In this document: positions 38,148 to 49,752 of the stretch, one piece after another
Layout: each line of letters opens with the position of its first letter
How positions within the stretch are numbered: position 1 is the stretch's first letter
Assembly (NCBI GenBank): GCA_012521705.1
Contig: JAAYLX010000011.1
Span: forward strand, 10,958-74,957
From: Clostridiaceae bacterium
Lineage (GTDB): Bacteria > Bacillota > Clostridia > DSM-8532
DNA length: 64,000 nucleotides
Direction of reading: 5' to 3'
Program-made: the position numbers and the translations under genes
Notes under the pieces: generated by a model
The model's input: the letters and a program-made list of their open reading frames with translations, nothing else
What the model was told of the DNA's origin: nothing
Databases searched by the model: none

Positions 38148-39998
38148 ATGAACAAATTGTATATCACTAATATTATTGAAGGAAAACCGTATTACAAAAC
38201 GGCACAAATAAAAGATTTAAAAGAACTGCTCCATTATTGCAGATCCCGGTACGGGGACAAAGTTGCGTTCAGGTATCGTAATGAGCCCCACTCTGAGGTG
38301 GAATCCAAAACATATACCCAGTTTGTCCGGGACGTTGAATATTTTGGAAGCAGTTTGCTTAATATGGGCATGAAAGGTTGCCGCGTCGCAATAATAGGCG
38401 AGAACAGGTATGAATGGGTCGTTTCTTATCTTTCCACCGTAAATGGAATCGGTGTTGCCGTGCCCCTTGACAGAATGTTGCCCCCAAATGAGATTGAGTC
38501 CATGCTTGAACGCTCTGGAGCGGAAGTTTTGGTATATTCCGAAAGTTTTCAGGATGTTGCCGAAAATATAGCCTCTAATAACGATACAGTCAGAGCCTTT
38601 ATCTGCATGAATGAAAAAAGTGATGAAATTCTCGGAAAACCCAGATTCTATTCTTTTTACAATCTTCTCAAAGCAGGACAGGAACTTGTTGAAAATGGAT
38701 ATAATGAGTATGTGAATTCTCAGATCGACCGGGAGGCAATGAGCATTTTGCTCTTTACATCCGGTACTTCGGCTGACTCCAAGGCTGTAATGCTGAGCCA
38801 TAAAAATGTATGCGCAGATATTGCCGGATTAAGCGGTGTGGTATATTGCAAGCCGGGAGAATCAGTTCTTTCAGTACTCCCACTTCATCATACTTTTGAG
38901 AATACCTGCGGGCTTCTTTTCCCGCTTTATCTTGGCCTTACAATTTCAATTTGTGACGGATTAAAATATTTCAGCAAGAATCTGGCTGAATACAAGCCTG
39001 ATTTGTTGGTTGGCGTACCGCTGATATTTGACAAATTAAAGGCACGTATGGTTAGTGAGCTTAAGAAGAAAAATCTTTATAAAAAAGTCAGAATCTTAAT
39101 GGCTTTGACTAACAGCCTCAGCCATGTCGGTATTGACATTCGCAGAAAGATATATAAACAGCTTCTTGAACCATTGGGAGGCAAGCTTCGCGTTATAGTC
39201 ACCGGTGGCGCAGCAATGGAGCCTCAGACTGCTCAATGGTTTGAAAACATTGGAATAAAAGTCTACCAGGGTTACGGCCTTACCGAAACATCTCCGGTTG
39301 TTGCCGGCGGCAACGACAGAAGAAGAAAGAAGGGTACCTGCGGGGAACCTTTGCCCGGTGTTGCAATTGGCATAGCTCATGCGGACAGGAGAGGATTTGG
39401 CGAAATTGTCGTTAAAGGCGATAATGTTATGCTTGGCTACTGGAATAACCCGGAAGCAACCAGCGAAGTGCTTCAGGACGGATGGTTCCATACAGGAGAT
39501 TTGGGATTCATTGATAAAAAAGGCCTGATCCATGTTACCGGCAGAGTTAAATCAATGATTGTCTTGAAAAACGGCAAGAAAGTTTTCCCTGAAGAACTTG
39601 AATCCCATATTAACAAACTGGGTTATGTAAAAGAATCTTTTGTATGGGGCGAGACAAGAAAAGACGGTACAGTGGAAATATGTTTAAAAATCATTCTGGA
39701 CAAGGAAAAAATTGCTTCTCTGGTCAAATCCCCCGAAGATGACAACAGTATCAGGAAACTCCTTGATGCTGCCATAAAAGATATCAATAAACTTATGCCT
39801 GTATATAAATCTATTAAATATTATGTTTTCGGATATGAAGAGCTGATTAAGACAACTTCCCTTAAGATTAAAAGATATGTTGAATTGGCCCAGATCAGGG
39901 ACCTTCTCAACAAACTGGCTACAAATATTAAAAATGCGGCAGGCAAGAATATTGACAAGCTTAAAGAGATGATGGCAAAGAGTGTAGAAGAGTATTAG
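38148..39998 (+). CDS. AMP-dependent synthetase/ligase (long-chain fatty-acid--CoA ligase-like)
   Basis: AMP-binding motif LFTSGTSADSKAVMLSH and the GYGLTETS and GWFHTGD motifs. Start is ATG 38148 or TTG 38127. Confidence 0.85.
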   Translation: MNKLYITNIIEGKPYYKTAQIKDLKELLHYCRSRYGDKVAFRYRNEPHSEVESKTYTQFVRDVEYFGSSLLNMGMKGCRVAIIGENRYEWVVSYLSTVNGIGVAVPLDRMLPPNEIESMLERSGAEVLVYSESFQDVAENIASNNDTVRAFICMNEKSDEILGKPRFYSFYNLLKAGQELVENGYNEYVNSQIDREAMSILLFTSGTSADSKAVMLSHKNVCADIAGLSGVVYCKPGESVLSVLPLHHTFENTCGLLFPLYLGLTISICDGLKYFSKNLAEYKPDLLVGVPLIFDKLKARMVSELKKKNLYKKVRILMALTNSLSHVGIDIRRKIYKQLLEPLGGKLRVIVTGGAAMEPQTAQWFENIGIKVYQGYGLTETSPVVAGGNDRRRKKGTCGEPLPGVAIGIAHADRRGFGEIVVKGDNVMLGYWNNPEATSEVLQDGWFHTGDLGFIDKKGLIHVTGRVKSMIVLKNGKKVFPEELESHINKLGYVKESFVWGETRKDGTVEICLKIILDKEKIASLVKSPEDDNSIRKLLDAAIKDINKLMPVYKSIKYYVFGYEELIKTTSLKIKRYVELAQIRDLLNKLATNIKNAAGKNIDKLKEMMAKSVEEY

Positions 39999-40014
39999 CA
40001 AATTTTGACAAATT

Positions 40015-40041
40015 AAGAGACAGTTTATCTGTCTCTTTTTG
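40015..40041 (+). terminator. Intrinsic terminator after the acyl-CoA ligase gene
   Basis: AAGAGACAG pairs with CTGTCTCTT. TTT follows. Confidence 0.75.
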
Positions 40042-40063
40042 ATGCCGGAAGTTAAATATTTTT

Positions 40064-40092
40064 TTAGATTAACTTGTATACAAAAAACAGTT
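40064..40092 (+). promoter_or_regulatory. Sigma-A promoter candidate for pta-ackA
   Basis: TTGTAT (40064-40069), 17-nt spacer, TATAAT (40087-40092). Confidence 0.5.
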
Positions 40093-40198
40093 AGAGTATA
40101 ATGGAATAGGCGAAAATAACCGCTTATATTAAACGCTGTGCATAATTGAAATGATTTTTTTAAAATTTTACATATAAAAATCTCTGAGTTTTTTTTGA

Positions 40199-41245
<1,047 letters not shown>

Positions 41246-41277
41246 GTTTTTAGCAAATTAGGAAAAGGGGTTTCAAA

Positions 41278-42471
41278 ATGATAATATTGGTCGTAAATGC
41301 GGGAAGTTCATCTTTAAAATATCAGCTTTTTGACATGGACAATGAGATTGTAATGGCCAAGGGCTTATGCGATCGCATAGGCATTGGAGGATCACTTATC
41401 AAACACAGTACCCATGACGGTAGATCTGTTGTTAAAGAAATTGAAATGACCACCCATAAAGATGCAATTGCTGCTCTTATTAAAGTTCTCACCCATGAAG
41501 AATGGGGCGTAATAAAATCTCTTAGCGAAATTACTGCTGTGGGTCACCGCGTGGTTCATGGCGGAGAAAAATTCTTCAGTTCCGTTATCATAGATGATGA
41601 AGTAATGAAGACACTGGAAGAATGTGTTGAGCTGGCTCCTCTTCATAACCCACCCAATATAACAGGTATAAAAGCTTGTCAGCATATTCTTGAAGGTGTA
41701 CCACAGGTTGCAGTATTTGATACTGCCTTCCATCAGACAATGCCACAAAAAGCATATATTTATGCACTCCCTTATGAGTATTATGAAAAATACAAGATGC
41801 GTAAATACGGCTTCCATGGGACAAGCCATAAATATGTATCTGAGCGTGCCGCTGCGATGCTTGGAAAACCAATTGAGGAGCTGAAGATAGTAACCTGCCA
41901 TTTAGGAAACGGTTCAAGTATTGCTGCAGTCGATGGCGGAAAAGTTATAGACACATCCATGGGATTCACTCCTCTTGACGGGCTTGCAATGGGTACACGC
42001 TGCGGTTCCATTGATCCGGCAGTCGTAACCTTCCTCATACAAAAAGAAGGCTTATCAGCCGAAGAAATGGACCTTATTATGAACAAAAAATCCGGTGTCC
42101 TTGGAATTTCCGGTGTGAGCAGCGACTTCCGTGATCTTGATGCAGCCGTAGAGCAGGGCAACCAGAGAGCTCAGCTTGCATTGGATGTATTTACTTATCA
42201 GGTTAAAAAATATATAGGAAGTTATGCATGTGCCATGGGCGGCATTGATGCAGTTGTGTTTACTGCAGGAATTGGTGAAAACAATGCTCCATTAAGAAAA
42301 GCCATGTGTGAAGGTCTTGAATTTTTAGGCATTGCCATTGATGACGAAAAGAATGGAATCAGAGGACAGGAAATTGATATAAGCAAAGAAAACGCGAAGG
42401 TCAGGGTGCTTGTAATTCCTACCAATGAAGAACTCGCCATTGCAAAAGAGACCAAAAAATTGGTTATGTGA
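41278..42471 (+). CDS. ackA: Acetate kinase
   Basis: 397 aa with [14 protein letters not shown] at the N-terminus and an AckA-like sequence throughout. Confidence 0.95.
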   Translation: MIILVVNAGSSSLKYQLFDMDNEIVMAKGLCDRIGIGGSLIKHSTHDGRSVVKEIEMTTHKDAIAALIKVLTHEEWGVIKSLSEITAVGHRVVHGGEKFFSSVIIDDEVMKTLEECVELAPLHNPPNITGIKACQHILEGVPQVAVFDTAFHQTMPQKAYIYALPYEYYEKYKMRKYGFHGTSHKYVSERAAAMLGKPIEELKIVTCHLGNGSSIAAVDGGKVIDTSMGFTPLDGLAMGTRCGSIDPAVVTFLIQKEGLSAEEMDLIMNKKSGVLGISGVSSDFRDLDAAVEQGNQRAQLALDVFTYQVKKYIGSYACAMGGIDAVVFTAGIGENNAPLRKAMCEGLEFLGIAIDDEKNGIRGQEIDISKENAKVRVLVIPTNEELAIAKETKKLVM

Positions 42472-42474
42472 TTG

Positions 42475-42503
42475 TTGACAAGCCAAAAGCTGCAATATAG
42501 AAT
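42475..42503 (+). promoter_or_regulatory. Sigma-A promoter candidate for aspartate kinase, abutting the ackA terminator
   Basis: TTGACA (42475-42480), 17-nt spacer, TAGAAT (42498-42503). Confidence 0.4.
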
Positions 42504-42506
42504 GGG

Positions 42507-42536
42507 AAGGTAAAGGGAGGACCCTTTACCTTTTTC
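42507..42536 (+). terminator. ackA intrinsic terminator
   Basis: AAGGTAAAGGG-AGGA-CCCTTTACCTT. TTT follows. Confidence 0.8.
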
Positions 42537-42608
42537 TATATTATACATATTTATGATTATTAAGGGTGGTTTTTCAGCACTATATCAAGATGCGGAAGGA
42601 TGGATTTG

Positions 42609-43970
42609 ATGAAGGTTTGTAAATTTGGCGGCACTTCCATGGCCAATGCTGAGCAAATAAGAAAAGTCTGCTCAATAATTACCAGTGACCCCAAAAGACG
42701 AGTAGTAGTTGTGTCTGCTCCTGGTAAGAGATTTGACTCTGATATAAAAGTGACTGATTTACTTATAGACTGCGCTGAAAAATACTTAAATAACGGGGAT
42801 TACGAAACTGTTCTTAATAAAATAGTGGACAGGTACGCCGAAATTGCCCGGGATTTGGGATTAAGCAGCAATATAATAAAAGATATTGAGAACAACCTTT
42901 GGACAAGAATTTCATTACCATACGACAGCGCCGAGAAATTTATGGACCGTATGAAAGCTGCCGGCGAAGATAATGCTGCAAGAATTGTGGCAGATTACCT
43001 CAAAAGTTTGGGGGTAAAGGCCATTTACATGAACCCGAAGGACGCCGGTCTGTTCCTAAGTGACGAGTATGGCAATGCGAGGGTCCTGCCCCAGTCATAC
43101 AAAAACCTGGCAAAGCTAAGTGAAATAGAAGATATTATCATCTTCCCGGGTTTCTTTGGGTATTCCCTGTCGGGAGAAGTTGTAACATTCCCGAGGGGAG
43201 GTTCCGATATAACAGGTTCCATATTGGCAGCCGCGCTGCAGGTTGAGTTATATGAGAATTTCACAGATGTTGACTCAGTGTTTGTTGCAAGCCCAAAACT
43301 CATTAAAAATCCTAAACCAATAACCAACCTGACATACAGGGAAATGCGTGAGCTCTCCTATGCGGGCTTTTCAGTGCTTCATGAAGAGACTCTGGAACCC
43401 GTATATCAAAGGGGCATTCCTGTAAACATCAAAAATACCAATAACCCAACAGCTCCCGGAACCATTATTTCACCAACAAGGGAAAACAATTCCGGACCTG
43501 TTGCGGGAATTGCAGGAGATAAGGGTTTCTGCTCCATAAATATCAATAAGTACATGATGAACCGTGAAATAGGATTTGGGCGAAAAGTCATGCAAATTCT
43601 TGAGGAAGAATTTGTTCCCTTTGAACACATGCCCTCCGGTATTGACGATATTTCCATCATTATCAGGGAAAAATATCTTGACAGCGAGAAGAAGAGCCGT
43701 ATAATGGAGAAAATCGCCAAGGACCTTCGCGTGGACAGTGTAAGCATTGAATATGACCTTGGCCTTGTAATGGTGGTGGGCGAAGGCATGAAGAATACTT
43801 ACGGAATCATGCACAGGATTACCAGAGCCCTTGCCGCGAACAAAGTAAATATTCGCATGGTTAACCAGGGATCTTCCGAAGTCAGCATTATGTTCGGTAT
43901 TAAGGAAGAAGATGTTGAAAAAGCTATAATTGCCATCTATAACGAATTTTTCGAGAATGGCAATCAATAA
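42609..43970 (+). CDS. Aspartate kinase
   Basis: KFGGTS N-terminal motif and C-terminal ACT-like region. Start is ATG 42609 (better SD spacing) or 42600. Confidence 0.9.
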   Translation: MKVCKFGGTSMANAEQIRKVCSIITSDPKRRVVVVSAPGKRFDSDIKVTDLLIDCAEKYLNNGDYETVLNKIVDRYAEIARDLGLSSNIIKDIENNLWTRISLPYDSAEKFMDRMKAAGEDNAARIVADYLKSLGVKAIYMNPKDAGLFLSDEYGNARVLPQSYKNLAKLSEIEDIIIFPGFFGYSLSGEVVTFPRGGSDITGSILAAALQVELYENFTDVDSVFVASPKLIKNPKPITNLTYREMRELSYAGFSVLHEETLEPVYQRGIPVNIKNTNNPTAPGTIISPTRENNSGPVAGIAGDKGFCSININKYMMNREIGFGRKVMQILEEEFVPFEHMPSGIDDISIIIREKYLDSEKKSRIMEKIAKDLRVDSVSIEYDLGLVMVVGEGMKNTYGIMHRITRALAANKVNIRMVNQGSSEVSIMFGIKEEDVEKAIIAIYNEFFENGNQ

Positions 43971-44136
43971 TAGATTTTTTTGAGTATTACGGTAGCTCAG
44001 TCAAATTTATTGAAGCTAATAACAAAAAATAATTTTACTCTTATGTTGTATTGATATTTATTAATTTTTATCTGTAGTATTTTGTAGCATTATGACATTA
44101 CTTAAAAATTTGTAGTATGGTAGGAGATTGATAGTT

Positions 44137-45156
44137 ATGATTCTTGTATTGAAACCGGGCGCACCGGAACAGCAAAAACAGGAGTTAATCAGACACATTG
44201 AAGGAATGGGTCTGAGAATCCATGAATCTGTGGGAGAGGGAACCACAATTCTGGGACTTGTTGGGGACACCTCCCGCATAGACAGCTATATTTTTTCATC
44301 CTATGAAATTGTAAAAAATGTCCTTCGTGTCAGCGAGCCCTTTAAAAGGGCAAACAGAATGTTCAAGCCCGATGACACAGTTATTGATGTCTGTGGCAGA
44401 AAAATCGGGCAGGGTTATTTTGTTGTCATTTCAGGACCTTGTTCGGTAGAGAGCGAGGAACAGATTGTCGGAATAGCCAGGGAGCTTAAAAAAGCCGGGG
44501 CTTCGTTTTTAAGAGGCGGAGCTTATAAGCCGCGCACATCCCCATACAGCTTCCAGGGTCTTGGCCTTGAAGGACTTGATTATCTCAAGATTGCAAAACA
44601 GGAAACCGGACTTCCCATTGTTTCTGAAATTATGTCCACCGATGTCCTTGACCGTTTTATTGAAGACGTGGATATTATACAGGTCGGCGCAAGAAACATG
44701 CAGAACTTTGTGCTGCTTAAGGAACTTGGCAGGACAAACAAGCCTGTTTTACTGAAGCGTGGCTTGTCTGCGACAATCGAAGAATGGCTCATGTCGGCTG
44801 AATATATTTTGAGTGAAGGAAATGAAAATGTTATTCTTTGCGAGCGGGGAATAAGGACTTTTGAAAACTACACCCGCAACACCCTTGACCTTAGCTCCGT
44901 GTTGGCTGTAAAGAGACTTAGCCATCTTCCGGTCATAGTTGATCCCAGCCACGGTACAGGAAGGTACTGGATGGTTGAGCCCATGTCCAAAGCTGCCGTT
45001 ACCCTGGGTGCCGATGGAGTTATCATAGAAGTTCACAATAATCCAAAATTCGCATTAAGTGACGGAGAACAATCAATTACTCCTAAAAAATATGCCCATA
45101 TACTTCCGGCTCTGAGAAAATACTGTGAGATTGAAAACAAAAAGCTGGAGGCCTGA
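44137..45156 (+). CDS. 3-deoxy-7-phosphoheptulonate (DAHP) synthase, type I-beta, with an N-terminal ferredoxin-like regulatory domain
   Basis: About 339 aa. The KDO8PS-like catalytic core is preceded by a ~70-aa domain. ATG 44137 follows AGGAGA. Confidence 0.9.
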   Translation: MILVLKPGAPEQQKQELIRHIEGMGLRIHESVGEGTTILGLVGDTSRIDSYIFSSYEIVKNVLRVSEPFKRANRMFKPDDTVIDVCGRKIGQGYFVVISGPCSVESEEQIVGIARELKKAGASFLRGGAYKPRTSPYSFQGLGLEGLDYLKIAKQETGLPIVSEIMSTDVLDRFIEDVDIIQVGARNMQNFVLLKELGRTNKPVLLKRGLSATIEEWLMSAEYILSEGNENVILCERGIRTFENYTRNTLDLSSVLAVKRLSHLPVIVDPSHGTGRYWMVEPMSKAAVTLGADGVIIEVHNNPKFALSDGEQSITPKKYAHILPALRKYCEIENKKLEA

Positions 45157-46295
45157 TGCCCATGGAAAAAGTAAAAGTCAACACCAGGGAAAAGGCTTAT
45201 GAGATACATATAGAGTCAGGTCTTTTTTCAAAACTGCCGGAGGTTTTCAAAGAAAAATATTCTGGTAAGAAGATTGCGCTTGTTTCCGACAACAATGTTT
45301 ATAAAATCTATGGTGAAAGCTTCAAGGCAGGGCTTGTCAAAGCAGGCTTTGAAGTTACTGAAATTGTCTTTAATGCCGGTGAGGAGAACAAAAATATTTC
45401 AACTCTTAGCCAAATTTACTCTGTCCTTGCCGAAAACTTCTTTACACGGAGCGATATAGTTGTTGCCCTTGGCGGAGGCGTCACCGGAGACATGGCAGGC
45501 CTTGCTGCCGCCACCTTTCTTAGAGGAATGGGCTTCATACAGATACCGACTACACTCTTGGCCATGGTTGATTCCAGTATCGGCGGGAAAGTGGCGGTTG
45601 ATCTTCCACAGGGAAAGAATCTTGTTGGAGCTTTCTATCAGCCTGACGCTGTATATACAGATCCTCAGCTTCTCAAAACACTTCCTGATTTGCAGTTTTC
45701 TGACGGTATGGCAGAATTATTGAAGCACGGATTTATAAGAGACAGGAATTTGTTCAATACCCTTATTCTTAAAGATGTCATAAACCTTGAACATGAACCT
45801 GAATCCATAGCTGGCTTAAGGAGTCTCTTAAGCGACAAAATGGATTATATTATAAAAGAAAGCTGCATTATAAAGAGGGACATTGTAGAGCAGGATGTAA
45901 ACGACAATGGAATAAGGCAGCTTCTGAATTTCGGCCACACAATAGGACATGCAATTGAACGGGTACAGAATTATTCAGGTTATACCCACGGTCAGGCCAT
46001 ATCAATCGGAATGGTTATAATGACAAGACTGACAGAGAAAATGGGATTAACGAAGGCAGGGAAAAGCAGAATAATCGAAAATGCTCTTAAAATGCACAAT
46101 CTTCCTGTTTTTGACCCCGCTCTTGATATAAAATCGGTAACTGAAGCCATAAAAATTGACAAAAAGGCGCGCTCAGGCAGTATAACCATCGCGTATATCG
46201 AAGAAATAGGTCAGGGAAAGCTGCTCAAACTTGATATTAAAGATCTGGAGGATAAAATTAATGACGTCTATAACGATTTTGCCTTCACCTCTTAA
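45156..46295 (+). CDS. aroB: 3-dehydroquinate synthase
   Basis: 379 aa with GGGVTGDMAG and HTIGHAIE motifs. The start overlaps the upstream stop by 1 nt. Confidence 0.92.
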   Translation: MPMEKVKVNTREKAYEIHIESGLFSKLPEVFKEKYSGKKIALVSDNNVYKIYGESFKAGLVKAGFEVTEIVFNAGEENKNISTLSQIYSVLAENFFTRSDIVVALGGGVTGDMAGLAAATFLRGMGFIQIPTTLLAMVDSSIGGKVAVDLPQGKNLVGAFYQPDAVYTDPQLLKTLPDLQFSDGMAELLKHGFIRDRNLFNTLILKDVINLEHEPESIAGLRSLLSDKMDYIIKESCIIKRDIVEQDVNDNGIRQLLNFGHTIGHAIERVQNYSGYTHGQAISIGMVIMTRLTEKMGLTKAGKSRIIENALKMHNLPVFDPALDIKSVTEAIKIDKKARSGSITIAYIEEIGQGKLLKLDIKDLEDKINDVYNDFAFTS

Positions 46296-47559
46296 AGGTA
46301 CGGTTTTGGCTCAGCCTTCGAAAAGCATGGCTCACCGTGCAATTATTTGCGCTGCTTTGTCAAAGAGACAGTGTAAGATTGACAACGTCGTTTTATCAGA
46401 TGATATAAAAGCCACCATAAGGGCTGTAAGGGCTCTTGGCGTTGAAATAGAAGTTGAAGAAAGCATTAAGTTTCAGAGCAGAAAAATATTGAATATCAGC
46501 TCCGGGGGAGAATTTTCCCTGCGGGATAGCGTCATAGACTGCTCAGAATCGGGGTCAACGGCCCGCTTTATAATGCCCATTACCCGCCTTATTCCTGACA
46601 GGGTTGAGCTGACAGGACACGGTCGCCTTACAGAAAGGCCATTTTCGGTTTACAAAGAACTTTTCACACAAAAAGGTATCAAATATTATGACAATGACGG
46701 AAAAATGCCTATAACCCTTGAAGGTAAGCTGATTCCCGGAGAATACTCGCTTCCGGGCGACATAAGCTCACAGTTTATTTCAGGCCTTCTTTTTACATTG
46801 CCATTACTTGATGGACCATCCAGAATAACAGTAACAAACAAGTTAGAATCACTTTCATACATACTTTTGACTCTGAAGGTCCTGAAAGACTATGGAATAA
46901 CAGTAAACCATGACCCGGAATTCAAATCTTTCGAAATACCCGGCAACCAGACTTATCAGGAAGTTCCTTATTATGTGGTTGAAGGTGACTGGTCCCAGGC
47001 AGCATTTTTCTGTGTCATGGGAGTATTGTCTGATAGTGTCACCATTAAAGGGCTTAACCTGGCTTCTATCCAGGGTGACAGGGCTATACTGGATATATTA
47101 AAGAATATGGGAGCAGAACCAATAGTCAAAGATAATTCTGTTACTTTCAGCAAGACTGAACTTATGGCCGTTGATGTTGATGCATCCGATATTCCGGATC
47201 TTGTTCCAATTATTTCAGTTGCTGCTTCTCTTGCAAGGGGAACAACAATTATCAGAAATGCATCAAGGCTAAGAATAAAAGAATCAGACAGGCTTAAAAC
47301 CACTTGTTCAGAACTAAACGCCATTGGAGCCAAAATTTCCGAAAAGCCTGACGGATTGATTATAGAAGGAGTTCCATTACTCAAAGGCGGGAGTGCCAAC
47401 AGTTCGGGTGACCACCGTATTGTAATGGCTGTGGCAAGCGCCTCTGCCGCATGCAGTGACATTGTAAATATTTCCGGATATAATGCTGTCAATAAATCGT
47501 ATCCTGATTTTTGGGATGACTTTATAAAAATTGGCGGAAAGGTAAGAGAACATGAGTAG
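46261..47559 (+). CDS. aroA: 3-phosphoshikimate 1-carboxyvinyltransferase (EPSP synthase)
   Basis: PSKSMAHRAII and ESDRL motifs. ATG 46261 follows GGAGG and overlaps aroB by 35 nt. Confidence 0.92.
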   Translation: MTSITILPSPLKGTVLAQPSKSMAHRAIICAALSKRQCKIDNVVLSDDIKATIRAVRALGVEIEVEESIKFQSRKILNISSGGEFSLRDSVIDCSESGSTARFIMPITRLIPDRVELTGHGRLTERPFSVYKELFTQKGIKYYDNDGKMPITLEGKLIPGEYSLPGDISSQFISGLLFTLPLLDGPSRITVTNKLESLSYILLTLKVLKDYGITVNHDPEFKSFEIPGNQTYQEVPYYVVEGDWSQAAFFCVMGVLSDSVTIKGLNLASIQGDRAILDILKNMGAEPIVKDNSVTFSKTELMAVDVDASDIPDLVPIISVAASLARGTTIIRNASRLRIKESDRLKTTCSELNAIGAKISEKPDGLIIEGVPLLKGGSANSSGDHRIVMAVASASAACSDIVNISGYNAVNKSYPDFWDDFIKIGGKVREHE

Positions 47560-48664
47560 TATTTTTGGTGACAGGTTGAAAATTTCTGTTTTCGGTGAGT
47601 CCCATGGACCTGCCATTGGGGTTGTCGTTGACGGCCTTCCTTCGGGGATAGCCCTTGACTTTGACAAAATTGCCGGGGAAATGGCCAGAAGAAGGCCGGA
47701 CAGCGGGCCATATTCCACCAAAAGAAAAGAAATGGATGAGGTCGAGATCTTAAGCGGGCTTTTTAACGGAAGAACCACCGGCACCCCGTTAAGCGCAATA
47801 ATCAGAAACAAAGACACTATATCTGCTCATTATAATGCCATGGAAAGGCTTGCAAGGCCGGGCCATGCAGACTTTTCCGGATATGTCAGATACAAAGGAT
47901 TTAATGATTACAGGGGCGGAGGGCACTTTTCCGGTCGCCTGACAGCACCACTGGTATTTGCAGGTGCTGTTGCAAAACAGATTCTTGAAGAACAGCAAAT
48001 ATTTATTGGCGCCCATATTGACTCTATCCTTGACATCAAAGATATTGGATTTGACAAGACAAATATAACCAGAGAACAGCTTATGGCGCTTAGTGAAATG
48101 GATATTCCAGTAAATGACAGATCCTGCCATGCCCAGTATCTTGAAATTATTGATAATGCAAGGAAGAACGGGGATTCTGTGGGCGGAATAATTGAAGCTG
48201 CCATTATCGGGCTTCCCGCAGGCATAGGCTCTCCCATATTTGATAATGTGGAGGCCAAGCTTTCTTCCATCCTTTTCTCGGTTCCTGCGGTTAAGGGAGT
48301 TGAATTCGGTGAAGGATTCAGCATCACAAAAATGTACGGAAGCGAAGCAAATGACAGCTTTTACACAGACGGTTCAAAAATCATGACCAGGACAAACAAT
48401 AACGGAGGAATAAATGGCGGAATCACTAATGGTATGCCCGTTGTCCTTCGCGTCGCAATCAAGCCTACGTCTTCCATTTCCATTGAACAGGACACTGTGG
48501 ACATTAAATCCTTTGAAAATACAACAATAAAAGTCCACGGCAGGCATGACTCATGTATTGTGCCAAGAGCAGTACCCGTTGTTGAGGCTGCGTGCGCAGT
48601 TGCCATATGTGATTTGCTATTAAGCCAGTTAGGTGTGGATACTTTGAGTGAGGGAGATTGGTAA
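47552..48664 (+). CDS. aroC: Chorismate synthase
   Basis: 370 aa with FGESHG and GRHDSCIVPRA motifs. Confidence 0.95.
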   Translation: MSSIFGDRLKISVFGESHGPAIGVVVDGLPSGIALDFDKIAGEMARRRPDSGPYSTKRKEMDEVEILSGLFNGRTTGTPLSAIIRNKDTISAHYNAMERLARPGHADFSGYVRYKGFNDYRGGGHFSGRLTAPLVFAGAVAKQILEEQQIFIGAHIDSILDIKDIGFDKTNITREQLMALSEMDIPVNDRSCHAQYLEIIDNARKNGDSVGGIIEAAIIGLPAGIGSPIFDNVEAKLSSILFSVPAVKGVEFGEGFSITKMYGSEANDSFYTDGSKIMTRTNNNGGINGGITNGMPVVLRVAIKPTSSISIEQDTVDIKSFENTTIKVHGRHDSCIVPRAVPVVEAACAVAICDLLLSQLGVDTLSEGDW

Positions 48665-49752
48665 TGGATATAAGGGAGCTTGGAAGCATCCGCAAAGAAA
48701 TAGATGAACTGGACAGGCAGCTTGCAAACCTTATTGAGAAGCGAATGGAGCTTGTTAATTTAGTTGCCGGGTACAAAAAGAATCATAATATCGGAGTTCT
48801 GGATTCCAGCAGAGAAAAAGAGGTCATTAATAATGTATTGTCCCAGGTAAAGAATCCTGAGCTTAAGGAAAGCATTTCTTCAATCTTCCAGAGTATTATG
48901 GATATATCCAAAGAGTATCAGAAAAAGAAGATTTCAATAAACAGCGGCATAAAAAAATATGCACTGATTGGAGAAAAGCTGTCCCATAGTATGTCACCCA
49001 AAATTCATGAATTGTACTTCAAAAAGGCAAATATAGAAGCAACCTATGAGCTCTTGGAGTTATCCCGGGATGAAATACCCCATGTACTTACTGAACTTAG
49101 CTTAAAAGGTTACTCAGGTTTGAACGTTACCATTCCATATAAAACCGAAATTATGCCCTTTCTGGATAAGTTATCTGATGAAGCCATGAGAATAGGCGCT
49201 GTTAATACAATAAATCTGGATGGTAACTTTACCGGCTTTAATACTGACTATTTCGGTTTTGGCAGAGCACTCTCCTTTTATGGTGCTGAAGTAAAAGGCA
49301 AAAAGTGTGCTGTTTTGGGTAGCGGGGGAGCAACAAGGGCCGTAGTCTCATATCTTGAGGACAATGGAGCGGAACTTATATCCATTGTTTCAAGAAATGC
49401 TGACGAAGCTGCTAACAGATACCCAGGTAAACCAACAATAAACATTAGTGAATTTAAAGCTGAAGGATATGATATTGTTATCAATACCACGCCCGTTGGT
49501 ATGTACCCCAATACAGATAAATCGCCTATAAACAGGGAACAACTAATAGGGGCTGGATTTGTCATGGATCTTATATATAACCCTTCTGAGACACTCTTAA
49601 TGAAATATGCGCAGGAACTGGGTATTCCAAATTGCAACGGGCTTTACATGCTTGTTGCTCAGGCAATGAGTTCCCAGGAAATCTGGCAGGGCAAAAAGAT
49701 AGATGACGAAATAATAAACCAAATTTACAGGGAAATAAGCCATGAAAACTAA
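48664..49752 (+). CDS. aroE: Fusion protein: AroQ-class chorismate mutase domain plus shikimate dehydrogenase
   Basis: The N-terminal ~85 aa are CM type II-like (IRKEIDELDRQLANLIEKRMELV). The remainder is AroE-like (SHSMSPKIHE, GSGGATRAV). Confidence 0.85.
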   Translation: MDIRELGSIRKEIDELDRQLANLIEKRMELVNLVAGYKKNHNIGVLDSSREKEVINNVLSQVKNPELKESISSIFQSIMDISKEYQKKKISINSGIKKYALIGEKLSHSMSPKIHELYFKKANIEATYELLELSRDEIPHVLTELSLKGYSGLNVTIPYKTEIMPFLDKLSDEAMRIGAVNTINLDGNFTGFNTDYFGFGRALSFYGAEVKGKKCAVLGSGGATRAVVSYLEDNGAELISIVSRNADEAANRYPGKPTINISEFKAEGYDIVINTTPVGMYPNTDKSPINREQLIGAGFVMDLIYNPSETLLMKYAQELGIPNCNGLYMLVAQAMSSQEIWQGKKIDDEIINQIYREISHEN

